From the NCBI RefSeq assembly GCF_963921235.1, contig NC_086108.1:29886001-29950000 (forward strand): a DNA stretch of 64,000 nucleotides, written 5' to 3'. The DNA is from Mobula hypostoma. Its lineage: Eukaryota. Position numbers and translations under genes: made by a program. The notes beneath the pieces are model-generated. The model was not told where the DNA came from, searched no databases, and was given only the letters and a program-made list of their open reading frames with translations. Shown here one piece after another: positions 26,616 to 38,331 of this stretch (positions are counted from its first letter, which is position 1; every line of letters starts with the position of its first letter).

Positions 26616-27537
26616 AATGCATCTCCAAGTTTGAGGATGACACGAAGCTGGGCGGCAGTGTTAGCTGTGAGGAGGATGCTAAGAGGATGCAGAGTGACTT
26701 GGATAGGTTGGGTGAGTGGGCAAATTCATGGCAGATGCAATTTAATGTGGATAAATGTGAGGTTATCCACTTTGGTGGCAAGAACAGGAAAACAGATTAT
26801 TATCTGAATGGTGGCTGATTAGGAAAAGGGGAGGTGCAACAAGACCTGAGTGTCATTGTACACCAGTCATTGAAAGTGGGCGTGCAGTGAAAAAGGCGAA
26901 TGATATGCTAGCATTCATAGCAAGAGGATTCGAGTACAGGAGCAGGGAGGTACTACTGCAGTTGTACAAGGCCTTGGTGAGACCACACCTGGAGTATTGT
27001 GTGCAGTTTTGGTCCCCTAATCTGAGGAGATACATCCTTGCCATAGAGGGAGTACAAAGAAGGTTCACCAGATTGATTCCTGGGATGGCAGGACTTTCAT
27101 ATGAAGAAAGACTGGATCGACTAGGCTTATACTCTCTGGAATTTAGAAGATTGAGGGGGGATCTTATTGAAACATATAAAATTCTAAAAGGATTGGACAG
27201 GAAGATTGTTTCCGATGTTGGGGAAGTCCAGAATGAGGGGTGACAGTTTAAGGATAAAGGGGAAGTCTTTTAGGACCGAGATGAGGAAAAACTTCTTCAC
27301 ACAGAGAGTGGTGAATCTGTGGAATTTTCTGCCACAGGAAACAGTTGAGGCCAGTTCATTGGCTATACCTAAGAGGGAGTTAGATATGGCCCTTGTGGCT
27401 AAAGGGATCGGGGGTATGGAGAGAAGGCAGGTACAGGGTTCTGAGTTGGATGATCAACCATGATCATACTGAATGGCGGTGCAGGCTTGAAGGGCTGAAT
27501 GGCCTACTCCTGCACCTATTTTCTATGTTTCTATGTT
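26616..27537 (+). mobile_element. Young 5'-truncated CR1, same subfamily as 13337-14371
   Basis: Near-identical to 13425-14365 apart from point changes and short deletions. Has the (TTTCTATG)n tail. Confidence 0.95.
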
Positions 27538-27842
27538 GAATATAGATATCCCCTAAAGGATGGCTTGTGTTCAATCTTTTATTTGACTGACTTGCAATTC
27601 AACGTCTAAATGGAGTCATCGTTCTTCTGGTGTTGTCTTTGCTTAGAACCCAGCCCACAGAATACAGCACACTGTTGCCTGTGGAGCCACAATGAGCAAT
27701 TTATGTGGATTGCTTTATTTTTGTTTTTCCACAGATGTCAGATTCTTGGCAGAAAGAATGACTAACAAGTTTTTAACCTTCAAATTGGGAGAGCAGACGA
27801 CATCAACATAACTTTGAACTTAAAAAATTTTTCTCTAATGTT

Positions 27843-28285
27843 AACAACAGGAATTCTGCAGATGCTGGAAATTCAAGCAACACACATCACAAGTTGCTGG
27901 TGAACGCCCTCGTACCCCATCTGTTACTCATTTTTATGCACACATTCTTTCTCTCACTCTCCTTTTTCTCCCTCTGTCCCTCTGAATATACCTCTTGCCC
28001 ATCCTCTGGGTCACCCCCCCCTTGTCTTTCTTCCCGGACCTCCTGTCCCATGATCCTCTCGTATCCCTTTTGCCAATCACCTGTCCAGCTCTTGGCTCCA
28101 TCCCTCCCCCTCCTGTCTTCTCCTATCATTTTGCATCTCCCCCTCCCCCTCCAGCTTTCAAATCCCTTACTCACTCTTCCTTCAGTTAGTCCTGACGAAG
28201 GGTCTCGGCCTGAAACGTCGACTGCACCTCTTCCTAGAGATGCTGCTTGGCCTGCTGCGTTCACCAGCAACTTTGATGTATGTTG
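27843..28285 (+). mobile_element. Penelope-like element 3' region with short inverted 5' copy of the tail, 13-bp TSD
   Basis: Inverted tail at about 27843-27907, then a pyrimidine-rich UTR, hammerhead and tail. TSD tttctctaatgtt at 27830-27842 and 28286-28298. Confidence 0.9.
28187..28224 (+). ncRNA. Minimal type I hammerhead ribozyme (best-preserved copy)
   Basis: Stem I tagtc (28187-91) pairs with gactg (28220-24). Core CTGACGA (28192-98), helix II within agggtctcggcct, then GAAA, palindromic ACGT helix III and GTC cleavage triplet (28217-19). Confidence 0.85.
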
Positions 28286-31239
28286 TTTCTCTAATGTTGA
28301 TTCCTTGCTGTGAAACTACAAGATTCTGTGTATCAATTTAAACTGCTTAATTTTTTTTATACGATAAGACTGCCATTTTTTTAATGTTGTGCAATACAGT
28401 AAAGGATTTGCTGATCCTACAGTGTATGAGCACATTTGGCTCTGGTGTGCTCTTTTTTAAAATAGAAATATTGAAGCAATAAAATAAGCTTCCCTTGTCT
28501 GATTGACTCTGCCAGACAGCAATGAAGTGGAGGAACAGGAGTGATCAGCCTGGCTGCCATTTTTAAAATATTTTGCATGAGAAGAAGGTGTAAGTATTTA
28601 AAGGCATTTTCTACCTTGAGTAATTTGTTGATAAAAATAAACATTAGTGTTGGCTATCGAAGTCTACAGGATATGGAGTATGTTGGATCTGTGCAGTGAT
28701 TTAGTGAAATGCCACCACTGGTACCAATACCTCAAAAATGCAAGTTGATGTTAAACAGTATCTAGTTCCCCTCCTTAAACTGTGGACTGCTGCTTAACTA
28801 TTTCAAATTGCCGTGGTTGGTGCATTTGCTGGATTTTGACCCTGTATTGTGAAGTTAGACCATAGACACTTGGATGGTTTACAAAATTAAAAGCTGACAA
28901 TTTTGAGTTTAGGTTCTGGTTTGGGTGTGTCACAAGCAATGGACATAAATAGATGTCAATTGACTCTTCTGTACTTTGCCTCACCTAGAACGTTCTGGTA
29001 TAGTAACAATTGTCAATCAATTCCCAGGCGCTTGCACAATTTGTTACCCTGGGAGGCAACCTATTTCAGCTGCCCAAATATCCAAAGCAGATCCAGAAAT
29101 AGAACTTGGTTAATATCCAGCAAAGGAATGGTTAATATAAATTGCACACCCATTCTTTGTCTTTAATGAAGTTGTTGGTCATCCCGCACGTGTGGTCTGG
29201 AATTTATTTGATCAATAAGATTTAAATATTTAAACAGCATGTTTGGGAGGTGGTGAAACTGGATGTTTTCCTTAGAGCGCATGATTTTTTTTCAATCAAT
29301 CAGTTGATATCTTTTTCCAGACTACACTTCCTTGTCAGTGGTGAAGAGTAGATACTGTTGCCAAGTTAATACTCATTTATTAAATGAACTGCTTCTTTAT
29401 GAGAGCAAGGCCGTCTGTCTGCATTTTTTTTAACAAAACCAATAACCGCAGTTGCGAGAGACTATTTTTCTTATTAATTAAATCAGAGCTGTTCAACAGT
29501 CTCTTCTTGCCTTAAAGCTAATCCTTAAACTATTTTCTCATCCTCACACCAACTGGATAATTTGAGAAAAATGCTGCTTAAGGTATCACACTTGTAAACC
29601 AAAGTTTAAAAATCCGTGCCGCTTGAATGTGTTTGAACATTATTACTATCAAAACTTTTGACTTTTTTGGCTTTCCTTTATCTTGCCGGCTATCTTGAAG
29701 CTTTCTCAATTTTGATCTCAGTTCTGATTGTCTTCACTTTGTTTGGGCAGACTTGCTTTCATGACCTCTCTTGGAGCCTTCCTAACATGATTTTCTCTTG
29801 GAATTGCATTCATTGCTATGCAAGGTAAATTTTAAGGATTAAGTAGAAACATAGCATGACAAAATATTATGCAAGAGGCTTCCTGCAGCCAGGGTCACTT
29901 ATTTAATATTGGCTATTTGGGGGAAAAATGTGCATTTTTGGTCATCAGAATGTTTTTCATTGATCACAGGACTTGCATCTTAGGCCCACTGTGGTTTGTA
30001 TCTGTTGTCGGCCAGTGCAGTAAATGGAATATTTTAACTCTGGTTTTCCACAGCTTAGAAATGAATGTCTTTTCATATAAATGTTGAATAAAATTGTTGT
30101 AAGGATTATACAAAATTATGGCTGTAGGAGTAGCCAATTAACAGCAGGATACTTTTGTAAACTTGTACATGCACCTATCAGAACTCAAAATAATACCCTG
30201 AAGTAATTACATGAATGTTGCCTGTATTCAATCATTGTTCATTTGGCCATGCCAGTTGCTAGCTGCTCCCTGATTGTTGCTATTTTTGTGTTGTTATCGT
30301 GACCTTTAACATTGGCCCAGCCTGAGGAAGTTGCAGCCAGAACTTGGATGTGCATCCTCTGCTCTAGGCGGCCAATGGCACTTCCAGGTGATTCCAGCCT
30401 TGCAGCGACATTGAAAAGCAACCCTGAACTCACCAGGAAATGCATCAGTAGCTACTTTTGTGGTTGTCAGCTTGGAAGTTGAACTCATTGTCTGATTCCA
30501 AGAACAAAGAGACAATGCTGACTGAGATTCAGTAGTGATGTCAACCTCTGTGCACGCCCTGCTCTATTTGAAAGGATATGTCTGCTTGATTTATTAATGA
30601 ACTGTGATTAATAGCAAACTTTAGTTTGATTTAAGTGAGGTAAATGTTTCCTGCTAAGCCCACGTTCATTTAACTATATTTTTATTGGCTTTCATGTTTT
30701 GAATTATAAGATTTTTGACTTCCCTCTTTTGTTTTCTAAAATTTGAGCTGGTGGGTTGCTCTTCCATTTATGTGGCTTTCCTGTGCTGTTTTTTTGTCGA
30801 AAAGGATAGCAGTGGCTCTGTCATAGAACTTCATATTTCTCATCTCCTTTTGTGTTATTGAAAGTCTCATAATTTGGCTTAAACTCATCACTAAAGAATG
30901 GGTATTATACCTTGTTCAACAGCCCTACAGTCCTAGGAATCTGAACAGGTCAAAAATTTAGCAACATTACCTGACCCAAACTGATCTCCTTAATGTAACT
31001 TTTAGCCATGAAACATGTATTGATGCAAAAGATATTGGTGGGGAAAAGAATTACATATCTGAACATTGCTTGTCTTTCAACATCAACCAACAAAATGGCT
31101 GAAATTCAAATTTGCTGCTGAATTTCTGTGGTAAAGTACTGATTACACATTGGGTATAAATTGCATATTTGGGTATGTTGCCTTGGGAAGCTTTGCACTA
31201 GTAAAAGATGCCAAATGAATACAGGCTTTGCCTTGTTTC

Positions 31240-31700
31240 ATCACAGTGGTTAGAGAGGCCCTCCACTGGTGGGAGTCAACCATGGATTTTGCATCCCAGC
31301 TTTCTACGTAATACACAAGCCAGGGCAGTGTGCAATGGAAAGAAAACTGTTGCCCATGTAGTAAGCTCCCCCTCTCCATGCATCTGATAAATCCAAAGGA
31401 ACGGCAGAGACTAAAATAGTTTGGTGCCAGTCAGTGTTGAACTCAGTGTTAACTCAACTGCCTTAGGGATTCCAGCTCCGGATCAGAGTTTTTTCTTCTA
31501 GGTGAGCTGCTGACTACGGCTGATGAGCCCCATGTGCCCAAAGCAACCATCAGCAACCCACCTTTGCCCCTTCTCCTGTCAGAAGTAACAGTTCTACCGG
31601 GTTTCATAACTAAACTGTACGTGAAGGCCAGGAGCTGGATTTGGTTGTCAAGATATGCGTCCATTGGGAGCATTCAATGAGTAGTGGGAGCTTGTCCCCA
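31240..31700. repeat. Unclassified interspersed repeat (possibly RTE-associated non-coding end)
   Basis: GC-richer block with abrupt boundaries in AT-rich flanks and no credible ORF. The class is only a recollection. Confidence 0.35.
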
Positions 31701-31835
31701 CTATTACAACCTTAAGGTATCAATGGTTAAACATGTTTAATATGTGAAGAATCCAAAGTACCATTGAGCTCATTCTAAACCATTATTATTCAATGTTTTC
31801 TAATTTTTGGATCTAGGTAAGGGAACTGTAAGCTT

Positions 31836-31935
31836 TACACAAAGTGAGCTGGAGGCGTTCAGCTGGTCAGACAGCATCTTTGGGAAAGAGTAAACTGTCA
31901 GTGTTTTGTGCCGAGACCCTCTGTCAGGACTGGAA
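31836..31935 (-). mobile_element. Old Penelope-like terminal fragment with decayed hammerhead
   Basis: Reverse complement reads cagtc-CTGACAG-agggtctcggcac-aaaacact-gacag plus the family tail. Confidence 0.65.
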
Positions 31936-32430
31936 AAGTTTGCTGCCCAGTCCATCATGGGTAAATCCCTCCCCACCACTGAGCACATCTGCACGGGGCA
32001 TTGTTACGGGAAAGCAGCATCTGTCATCCGGGACCTCCACCACCCTAGTCATGCTCTGTTCTCACTGTTGCCATCAGGAAGAAGATACAGGAGCCTTAGG
32101 ACTCACACCACCCGGTTCAGGAACAGTTATTATCCCTCAACCACCGGGCTCCTGATCAGTGGGGATATAACTTCACTGAGCTGTTCCCACAACCTATGGA
32201 CTCACTTTCAAGGACACTTCATCTTATGTTCTTGATATTCAATGCCTATTTATTTATTATTATTATTTCTTTATTTTTTTTATTTGCACATTTTGTTGTA
32301 TTTTGCAACCTGATTGTCGTTCTGTTTGGTGTGGTCTTCCGTTGATTCTGATTATTCTATTATGGATTTATTGAATATTGCAAGAAAATGAATCTCAGGG
32401 TTGTATATGGTGCCATATATGAACTTTGAT
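31936..32430 (+). mobile_element. Rex1/Babar-type LINE 3' end
   Basis: ORF reads AQSIMGKSLPTTEHI...KAASVIRDLHHPSHALFSLLPSGRRYRSLRTHTTRFRNSYYPST, followed by a 3' UTR ending gaactttga. Confidence 0.88.
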
Positions 32431-33069
32431 CTTTGCCTGCAGTTGCTAGTGGTTCACTTGATTCCAGAATAATAACAATACCTCTAGCTTAGTGGGAATA
32501 AGCGAATATTATAACTGGCACCGCAGATGTACTTTAAGCAGAAAATTATTCACAGAATCTGGAAAACTTTCTGGAGCTTGCAAACGCTGTTGGCGCATGA
32601 AAAGAATAATGTTTAGTCAATTTTCAGAGGTGAGGAATTTTTAAGTGCACTCTTACCTTGAAGCATTCTGAAAATTGTGGTTGGTTTTTTTTTTGGAGTA
32701 GACCTATTTGCATTGAAGCAGTGATTCACTCGTCTCACCCTGGAAATTGACAAGTTGATTAGCCATCATTCGTAGGCAAGGGTTTACAGCTGGGTGAATC
32801 ATCATTTGAAAAGGCCAGAAATAAAAACTAGTGTCTCACTGAGTTTCTGCATTAACTTAGAGCATGATGGGAATAGAAGTGTTTTTGTTCTTAAAAAAAA
32901 ATTGTAGTAGGTTGGATATAGAAAGCTGTTGCACCAGCGGTAACATGGTTGTTAATGAAAATAAAAATGCAAGTCAGAAAAGGAAACAAAATGTTGGGGT
33001 GAGAATCTGTGTAAGTGTGGCAGAAATCATCAGCGTTTTGTTGAAACACCTGAAATTGCCCAATTATAT

Positions 33070-33491
33070 TCAGAGAAATGGCAGATGGAGTTTAATCTGG
33101 CTAAGTGTGAGGAGATCAAATGTAAAGGGACAGTCCCAAGACCCTCAGGTATTGGTATACAGGGGATCTTGCAGTCCAAGTACATAGCTTCCTAAAAGTG
33201 ACCACACAGGCTGATGGAGGTGGTAAGGGTGAATGACAGGCTTGCCATTATTAGTCAAGATATTGAGTTCAAGAATCAAAGTTGTGTTGCGATTTTTAAA
33301 ACTCTGGCTAGGTTGCATTCAATTCTGTACTCCGCATTAAAGGAAGAGTGTGGCAGCTTGGGGAGAGGGTGCGGAAGAGGTTTATCAGGATACTGCCTGG
33401 ATTAGAAGATGAGTGCTTTAAAGTTCGGGGGTTGGACAAATGTGTTTTCTCTGGACTGGTGAAGGCTGAGGGGAGACCTGATAGAAGTTTA
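33070..33491 (+). mobile_element. Degraded CR1 fragment, continued at ~35142-35210 after the Tigger insertion
   Basis: Begins cagagaaatggcagatggagtttaat (WQMEFN). The sequence gggagacctgatagaagttta|taagatt (GDLIEVYKI) rejoins across the insertion. Confidence 0.8.
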
Positions 33492-35139
33492 CAGGTTTCC
33501 CCCGCCATCCGAAGGTAGAGTGTTCCTATGAAACAGTTCGTAAGCCAGAATGTTGTAAAGTGAAGAAGCAATTACTATTTATTTATATGGGGAAAAATTT
33601 GTGAGTGTTCGCAAACCCGAAAAATAACCTAGCAAATCATACCAAATAACACAAAACCTAAAATAACGGTAACATATAATAAAAGCAGGAATGGTATGAT
33701 AAATACACAGCCAATATAAAGTAGAAATGCTTTTCTACAATCATTGCCGCACTGTTCTCCGTAGCAAAAATCTCACGCAAGCGCTCTCGGCAGAACCACT
33801 TCCTCCAGTAACCTTTAAGCTCTGAAGCTGCCAAATCATACCAAATAACACATGAAAATACACAGCCTATATAAAGTAGAAATAATGTATGTACAGTGTA
33901 GTATCACTTACCGGAATCGGGAAGACAGCGCCGAGCACACTGATGATGGTGTGTTAGGCTGAGTCGTCGGAGGTTGGGGTGGTGCAGTGGTCCCCAACCT
34001 CCAGGCCGCCGACCAATACTGATCTTCGAAGCATGCAGCGGTACAGCAATAGCTGAGATGCACCCAGCACATCTTTAAGAAAAAAGCCAAAATAAACAAG
34101 CTAATTAATTAGGTGCCGCCCGGCACGTAAATGGCGGCCCAGATCAGAGGCAATTGCCGATTGTGTTGCATTAGTGTTAGGGTTAGCCTCTGATCTGGGC
34201 CAACGTTTAGGTGCGGGGCGGCACCTAATTAATTAGCTTGTTTATTTCGCCTTTTTTCTTAAAGATGTGCTGGGTGCGTCCCGGCTACCACTGCATTCTC
34301 CGTGGCAATGTATCGATCAGCGGCCCGGGGGTTGGGGTGGTGGGACATTGGGGTGTCACCTCATCATCGTCTGTTTCCATCAGGGCAGGCAGGTCATCTA
34401 CTTCTATTTCTGCCTGCCTCGATGTCGAAGGTCGAGGTTCATCGTCTGCTGTGGCTGATGTGGAAGGCTTGAAAATTGACAGTATGCTTGACTGCTTAGC
34501 CTCGCGCATTTTTCTGTCATACAGTTCTTTGCAAGCACTCAAACCATCCTGTAAATATGCCGTAAGCTACATACCCTTTCAAAATAAATGTCGTACTTTA
34601 TCATTGCAGTGAAAATCTCATGCAGTTGCTTCACGTTCAGTTCCTGGATGACTTCACTTTTGGTCCATTCGCTACTGCATTCGGTTTCGATTGTTATCTT
34701 TTCCTCTTCCAATTGCATTAGCTCTTCATCTATCAGTCCTTGGTCATGGGATGCCAAATCTCTTCAACATCATCTTCATCAGCTTCCACAAGCCAAACTC
34801 ACTTTGTCCTTACTTCGTTCACCATGATCAAAACACTTAATTATGTCTAGTTTTACGCTAAGTGTAACATCCTTACGAGCTTTTTCAGGCTTTTCCGACA
34901 CCTTAGAACTCATCCTGCTAACGGCTGCTCACAGGCATGTGTTTAAGCAATGCCGCCTAGAATGCAATTCCGAATCCGGGGGAGCTTAGCTGTTCGGGTG
35001 CGCGCTGCCTTTTTTCACACGCTGCCTTTTTTTCGTAACAGTGAACACACCTTTTGTTGGCGAAAACAGGTAACTAATGTCGGTCTTTCATAACAGCGAG
35101 GTTTCGTAAAGTGAACGTTTGAAAAGCAGGGGACACTTG
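33492..35139 (-). mobile_element. Internally deleted Tigger/pogo DNA transposon
   Basis: Imperfect TIRs caggtttcccccgc... and ...gcaggggacacttg, with TA on the left (33490-91) and TG on the right. Transposase N-terminus from ATG 34913 (MSSKVSEKPEKARKDVTLSVKLDIIKCFDHGERSKD) jumps to C-terminal ASHDQGLIDEELMQLEEE...KELYDRKMREAKQSSILSIFKP. The DDE domain is missing. Confidence 0.88.
33985..34337. mobile_element. Palindromic hAT-like MITE nested in the Tigger
   Basis: Starts cagtggtccccaacc and ends ...ggggttgggg. Internal inverted arms of ~110 bp (~34040-34151 and ~34186-34296). Confidence 0.75.
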
Positions 35140-35689
35140 TGTAAGATTGGAAAGTATAATAGACAGCTGGTATATGTTCTCCCATGTTAAAGTATCTAAT
35201 ACCAGAAATTCAAGTTTAATTGTCATTCAACCATACACAAGTATACAGCTAAATGAAACAGCATTCCACTGGAGCCAGGTGCAAAACAGAGTACACATTG
35301 TGACACACAGCACATATAGTTAAAATAGCACATTACAGTCACAAACCACAAGTCCCTGTATAGCATGACCTGAAGGCTGATGGTACCCAGGGGTGCAGTG
35401 GTGCCAGAGCTCACTGGAGCACCACTCCGGCACCTCTGTAAAAGGAAAAGTCAAAATAAACAAGTGGGGAATTTAACAGTGGCCGCATATTAAATAGAGG
35501 GAATTTTACGGAAGCGGTGGTTGGGGAGAGGGGCTGGTGGCTGGTGGGGAAAATACCACGAATAACATTAGAATATTTGATCGTTTTTGGTGAAATCCTG
35601 GAGCTGTTTTTGACCTGTTGTCCCAGCATTCCCTGCTGTAGCCCCCCGCCATTTCACAGATCCTCAGTCTCTCTCCAGCACTCATTGTT

Positions 35690-36112
35690 TGAGCATTGTT
35701 TGCCGAGAAAATAAAAATCTTAGATCTTTCCAAAAGTGGCACGTCGCTTGCTGAAGTGGGCCATTAGGTTTGGTAAGCACGAATCGATCATTCGCACAAT
35801 AAAGCAGAAAGAAGCTGAAATTCGTGGAAGTGTTACTGCTACCCCTACAACGGCAAAAATAGTCTCTCTGGTTCATGATAAAGTGCTTGCAAAGACTGAG
35901 AAAGCATTAAGTGTGTGGCAAGAGGACATGTCACAGCAGCATATCCCTGTTGATGGCAAAATTATGCGTGAGAAAGCACTTAGCCTCTATGAGCACTACT
36001 GTGAGGGGGTTGAGAAGAGCGAGAGGAAGGAGTTTAAGGCTAGTAGGGGATGGCTGGCTAGCTATGTAAAGCGCTACAGCCTCAAGAACTTAAAGATCAG
36101 GGGAGACTCGGC
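35690..36112 (+). pseudogene. Tigger/pogo transposase N-terminal HTH-psq and CENP-B DNA-binding fragment inside the hAT element
   Basis: Reads EKIKILDL...; GKHESIIRTIKQKEAEIRGSV...KTEKALSVWQEDMSQQHIPVDGKIMREKALSLYE...EFKASRGWLASYVKRYSLKNLKIRGDSA (TIGD1-like FKASRGW motif). Confidence 0.88.
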
Positions 36113-38255
36113 ATGGCAGATGTACCAAGTATCCTACTATGGTGCCGATTGAAGTCTCTCTGGAAAAAAAAATTATTGATCACTCACTTTCAAAAGCTCA
36201 CACTGCTGTTCTAATTGTTGAAAATATATCCAGTGAAGATGCTCTTGGAAAATTATGTGACACCATGAATGCTTCGCATCTAAAAGCAACTTATTCAATT
36301 TTTCATTCTGCTTATTATTTAGCTCAGAATGACAGACCATATTTTGATCACTTTGGCATATTGGAACTTCAAAAAAATGGTATTGACATTGGAATTGGAC
36401 TGCATTCCGGCACTAGTGCTACAGAGATAATTAATCACATAGCTATTAATATGAAAAAGAAAATTTGCCAGCATATCAAGCAGATAAATGGCAAATTTTC
36501 TGTTCTCATTGATGAATCAACAAGCCTGAGCATTAAGACTGTCCTAATAGTTTATTTGAAATGTGGAAGTGATAAGGAAGGTGATCCCCATTTTATGTTT
36601 TTAGATCTAATTGAACTGCCTGATCAGAAAGCTGCAACTATTGCTAAGCATCTATTGAACTGTCTCAATAACCATGGGTTTGATTACTCTTACTTGAAGC
36701 AGAAGCTTGTAGCATTTGCTAGTGATGGGGGCGAGCGTAATGCTTGGTGTCGAATCTGATGTTGATACAGTTCTCAAGGGACATTACCCCGATGTGATAA
36801 TTTGGCACTGTCTTAATCACAGATTAGAACTTTCAGTAGGTGATTTGGTGAGAGAAGTTAATGGAATAAATCATTTTCAATTATTTATGGACAAATTGTA
36901 CTCTGCTTACAGTAGATCACCTCTAAAACAAAAGGAACTGTCTGAATGTGCCTCTCAACTAGAACAACAAATTTGCAAAATAGGCCGTGTTCTGGGCACC
37001 AGGTGGGTAGCTAGCTCGTTTCCAGCAGTTTCAGCAGTCTGGCAAAATTTCATTTTGAAAAAGCAATGAAGGATGAAACAAGATCTGGGAGTGACAGAAA
37101 AACCTATGAAGGTCTGTTGAAAAGACTCTCTTCAGAACAGTTTCTATTGAACTTAGCTCTAATGTATGACTCGTTGCACAAACTTGGTTTACTGTCAGAG
37201 TGTTTACAGAAACGCACTACTACGATTGTTTATGCGGACAAACTGATCCAACGGAGCATAAGATCACTGCATGGACTGAAAGAGTAACCTGGTACACAAA
37301 CTCTAGAAGCTCAAGAAGCAGTTGAAAAGGGGAAGTTTGGAGAAATTACCTGAACAAGCAACAACAAAATTGTCTCCATTAATTATCTACAGTTTCTTAC
37401 TAGTCTTATAAACAATTTGCAGCACCGTATGTTCACGGCAACATCCTTGAAAGGTTCTCAAACTTCTAAACCTCAAAGTATGTATAAATCCCTGCTAAAT
37501 GAAATGTGTGTCCTTGATAAAGATAACTGGCCTGCTGAAATATCGCCTAATTATGGAGAAGCTGCAATATCATCTCTGTAAGAGGTTTAAGCTTTCCTCT
37601 TCCACTGTAATAAATGCCTTCAGAGATTATGTAGAGGATCGTGGATGCCGTATCCCCCAAGATTTGCGCCCATTACTGAGCTGTTCACAAGTTATTCCTA
37701 TAGTACTGCTGAGTGTAAGAGAGGATTCAGTCACATGAACTTGAAAGCAACAACAACACGCTCAAGAATTCTCATAAATCATGTATTAGTACTTTGTTAA
37801 ATTACACGGACTGCCTCCAGTACAGCAGAATCCTGAGCCATATGTCACGTCATGGCTGCGGTACCACAGATCAGCAGGTGACACCAGGACAAGAGTTGCT
37901 TCAGACCCCCGAACGCATATTACGCCTGACCCTTTGAGCAAATTATCGTGAAACTTCTCATTGGTGGCATTTGGTAAGGAGGTAATTACTTTTAAATTGG
38001 TAAAATACATGATTACTGTCTTTTTCTTTACTTGATAATTATATTTTATGATAATTAGTGAGTGCAGCCGTGCAATACTTTGTCATATTATTAAATTAAG
38101 TATTATATGTTTTATTGTACCAGTTATACACTGAAATGTAGTGATAAGCTACAATCTTGTTAATGTCTTAACTATCACTATTTTTCTGTGGAGCTCTGGA
38201 ATTCATATATTTCTTTCATCTTGGTTTAGTGCTTGATATTATAAAAAGCCCTGTT

Positions 38256-38283
38256 TTTATTTATATTTATTTATATATATATA

Positions 38284-38328
<45 letters not shown>
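38256..38328. repeat. (TA)n / AT-rich microsatellite
   Basis: Directly visible. Confidence 0.97.

Positions 38329-38331
<3 letters not shown>

Noticed and set aside
30239..30515. Overlapping short minus-strand ORFs in unique sequence
   Set aside because: No homology recognised, and the length is expected by chance.
36139..37738. KIAA1586 or ZNF862 host-gene orthologue
   Set aside because: Multiple stops and frameshifts and flanking TIRs show it is a dead transposon copy, not the domesticated gene.
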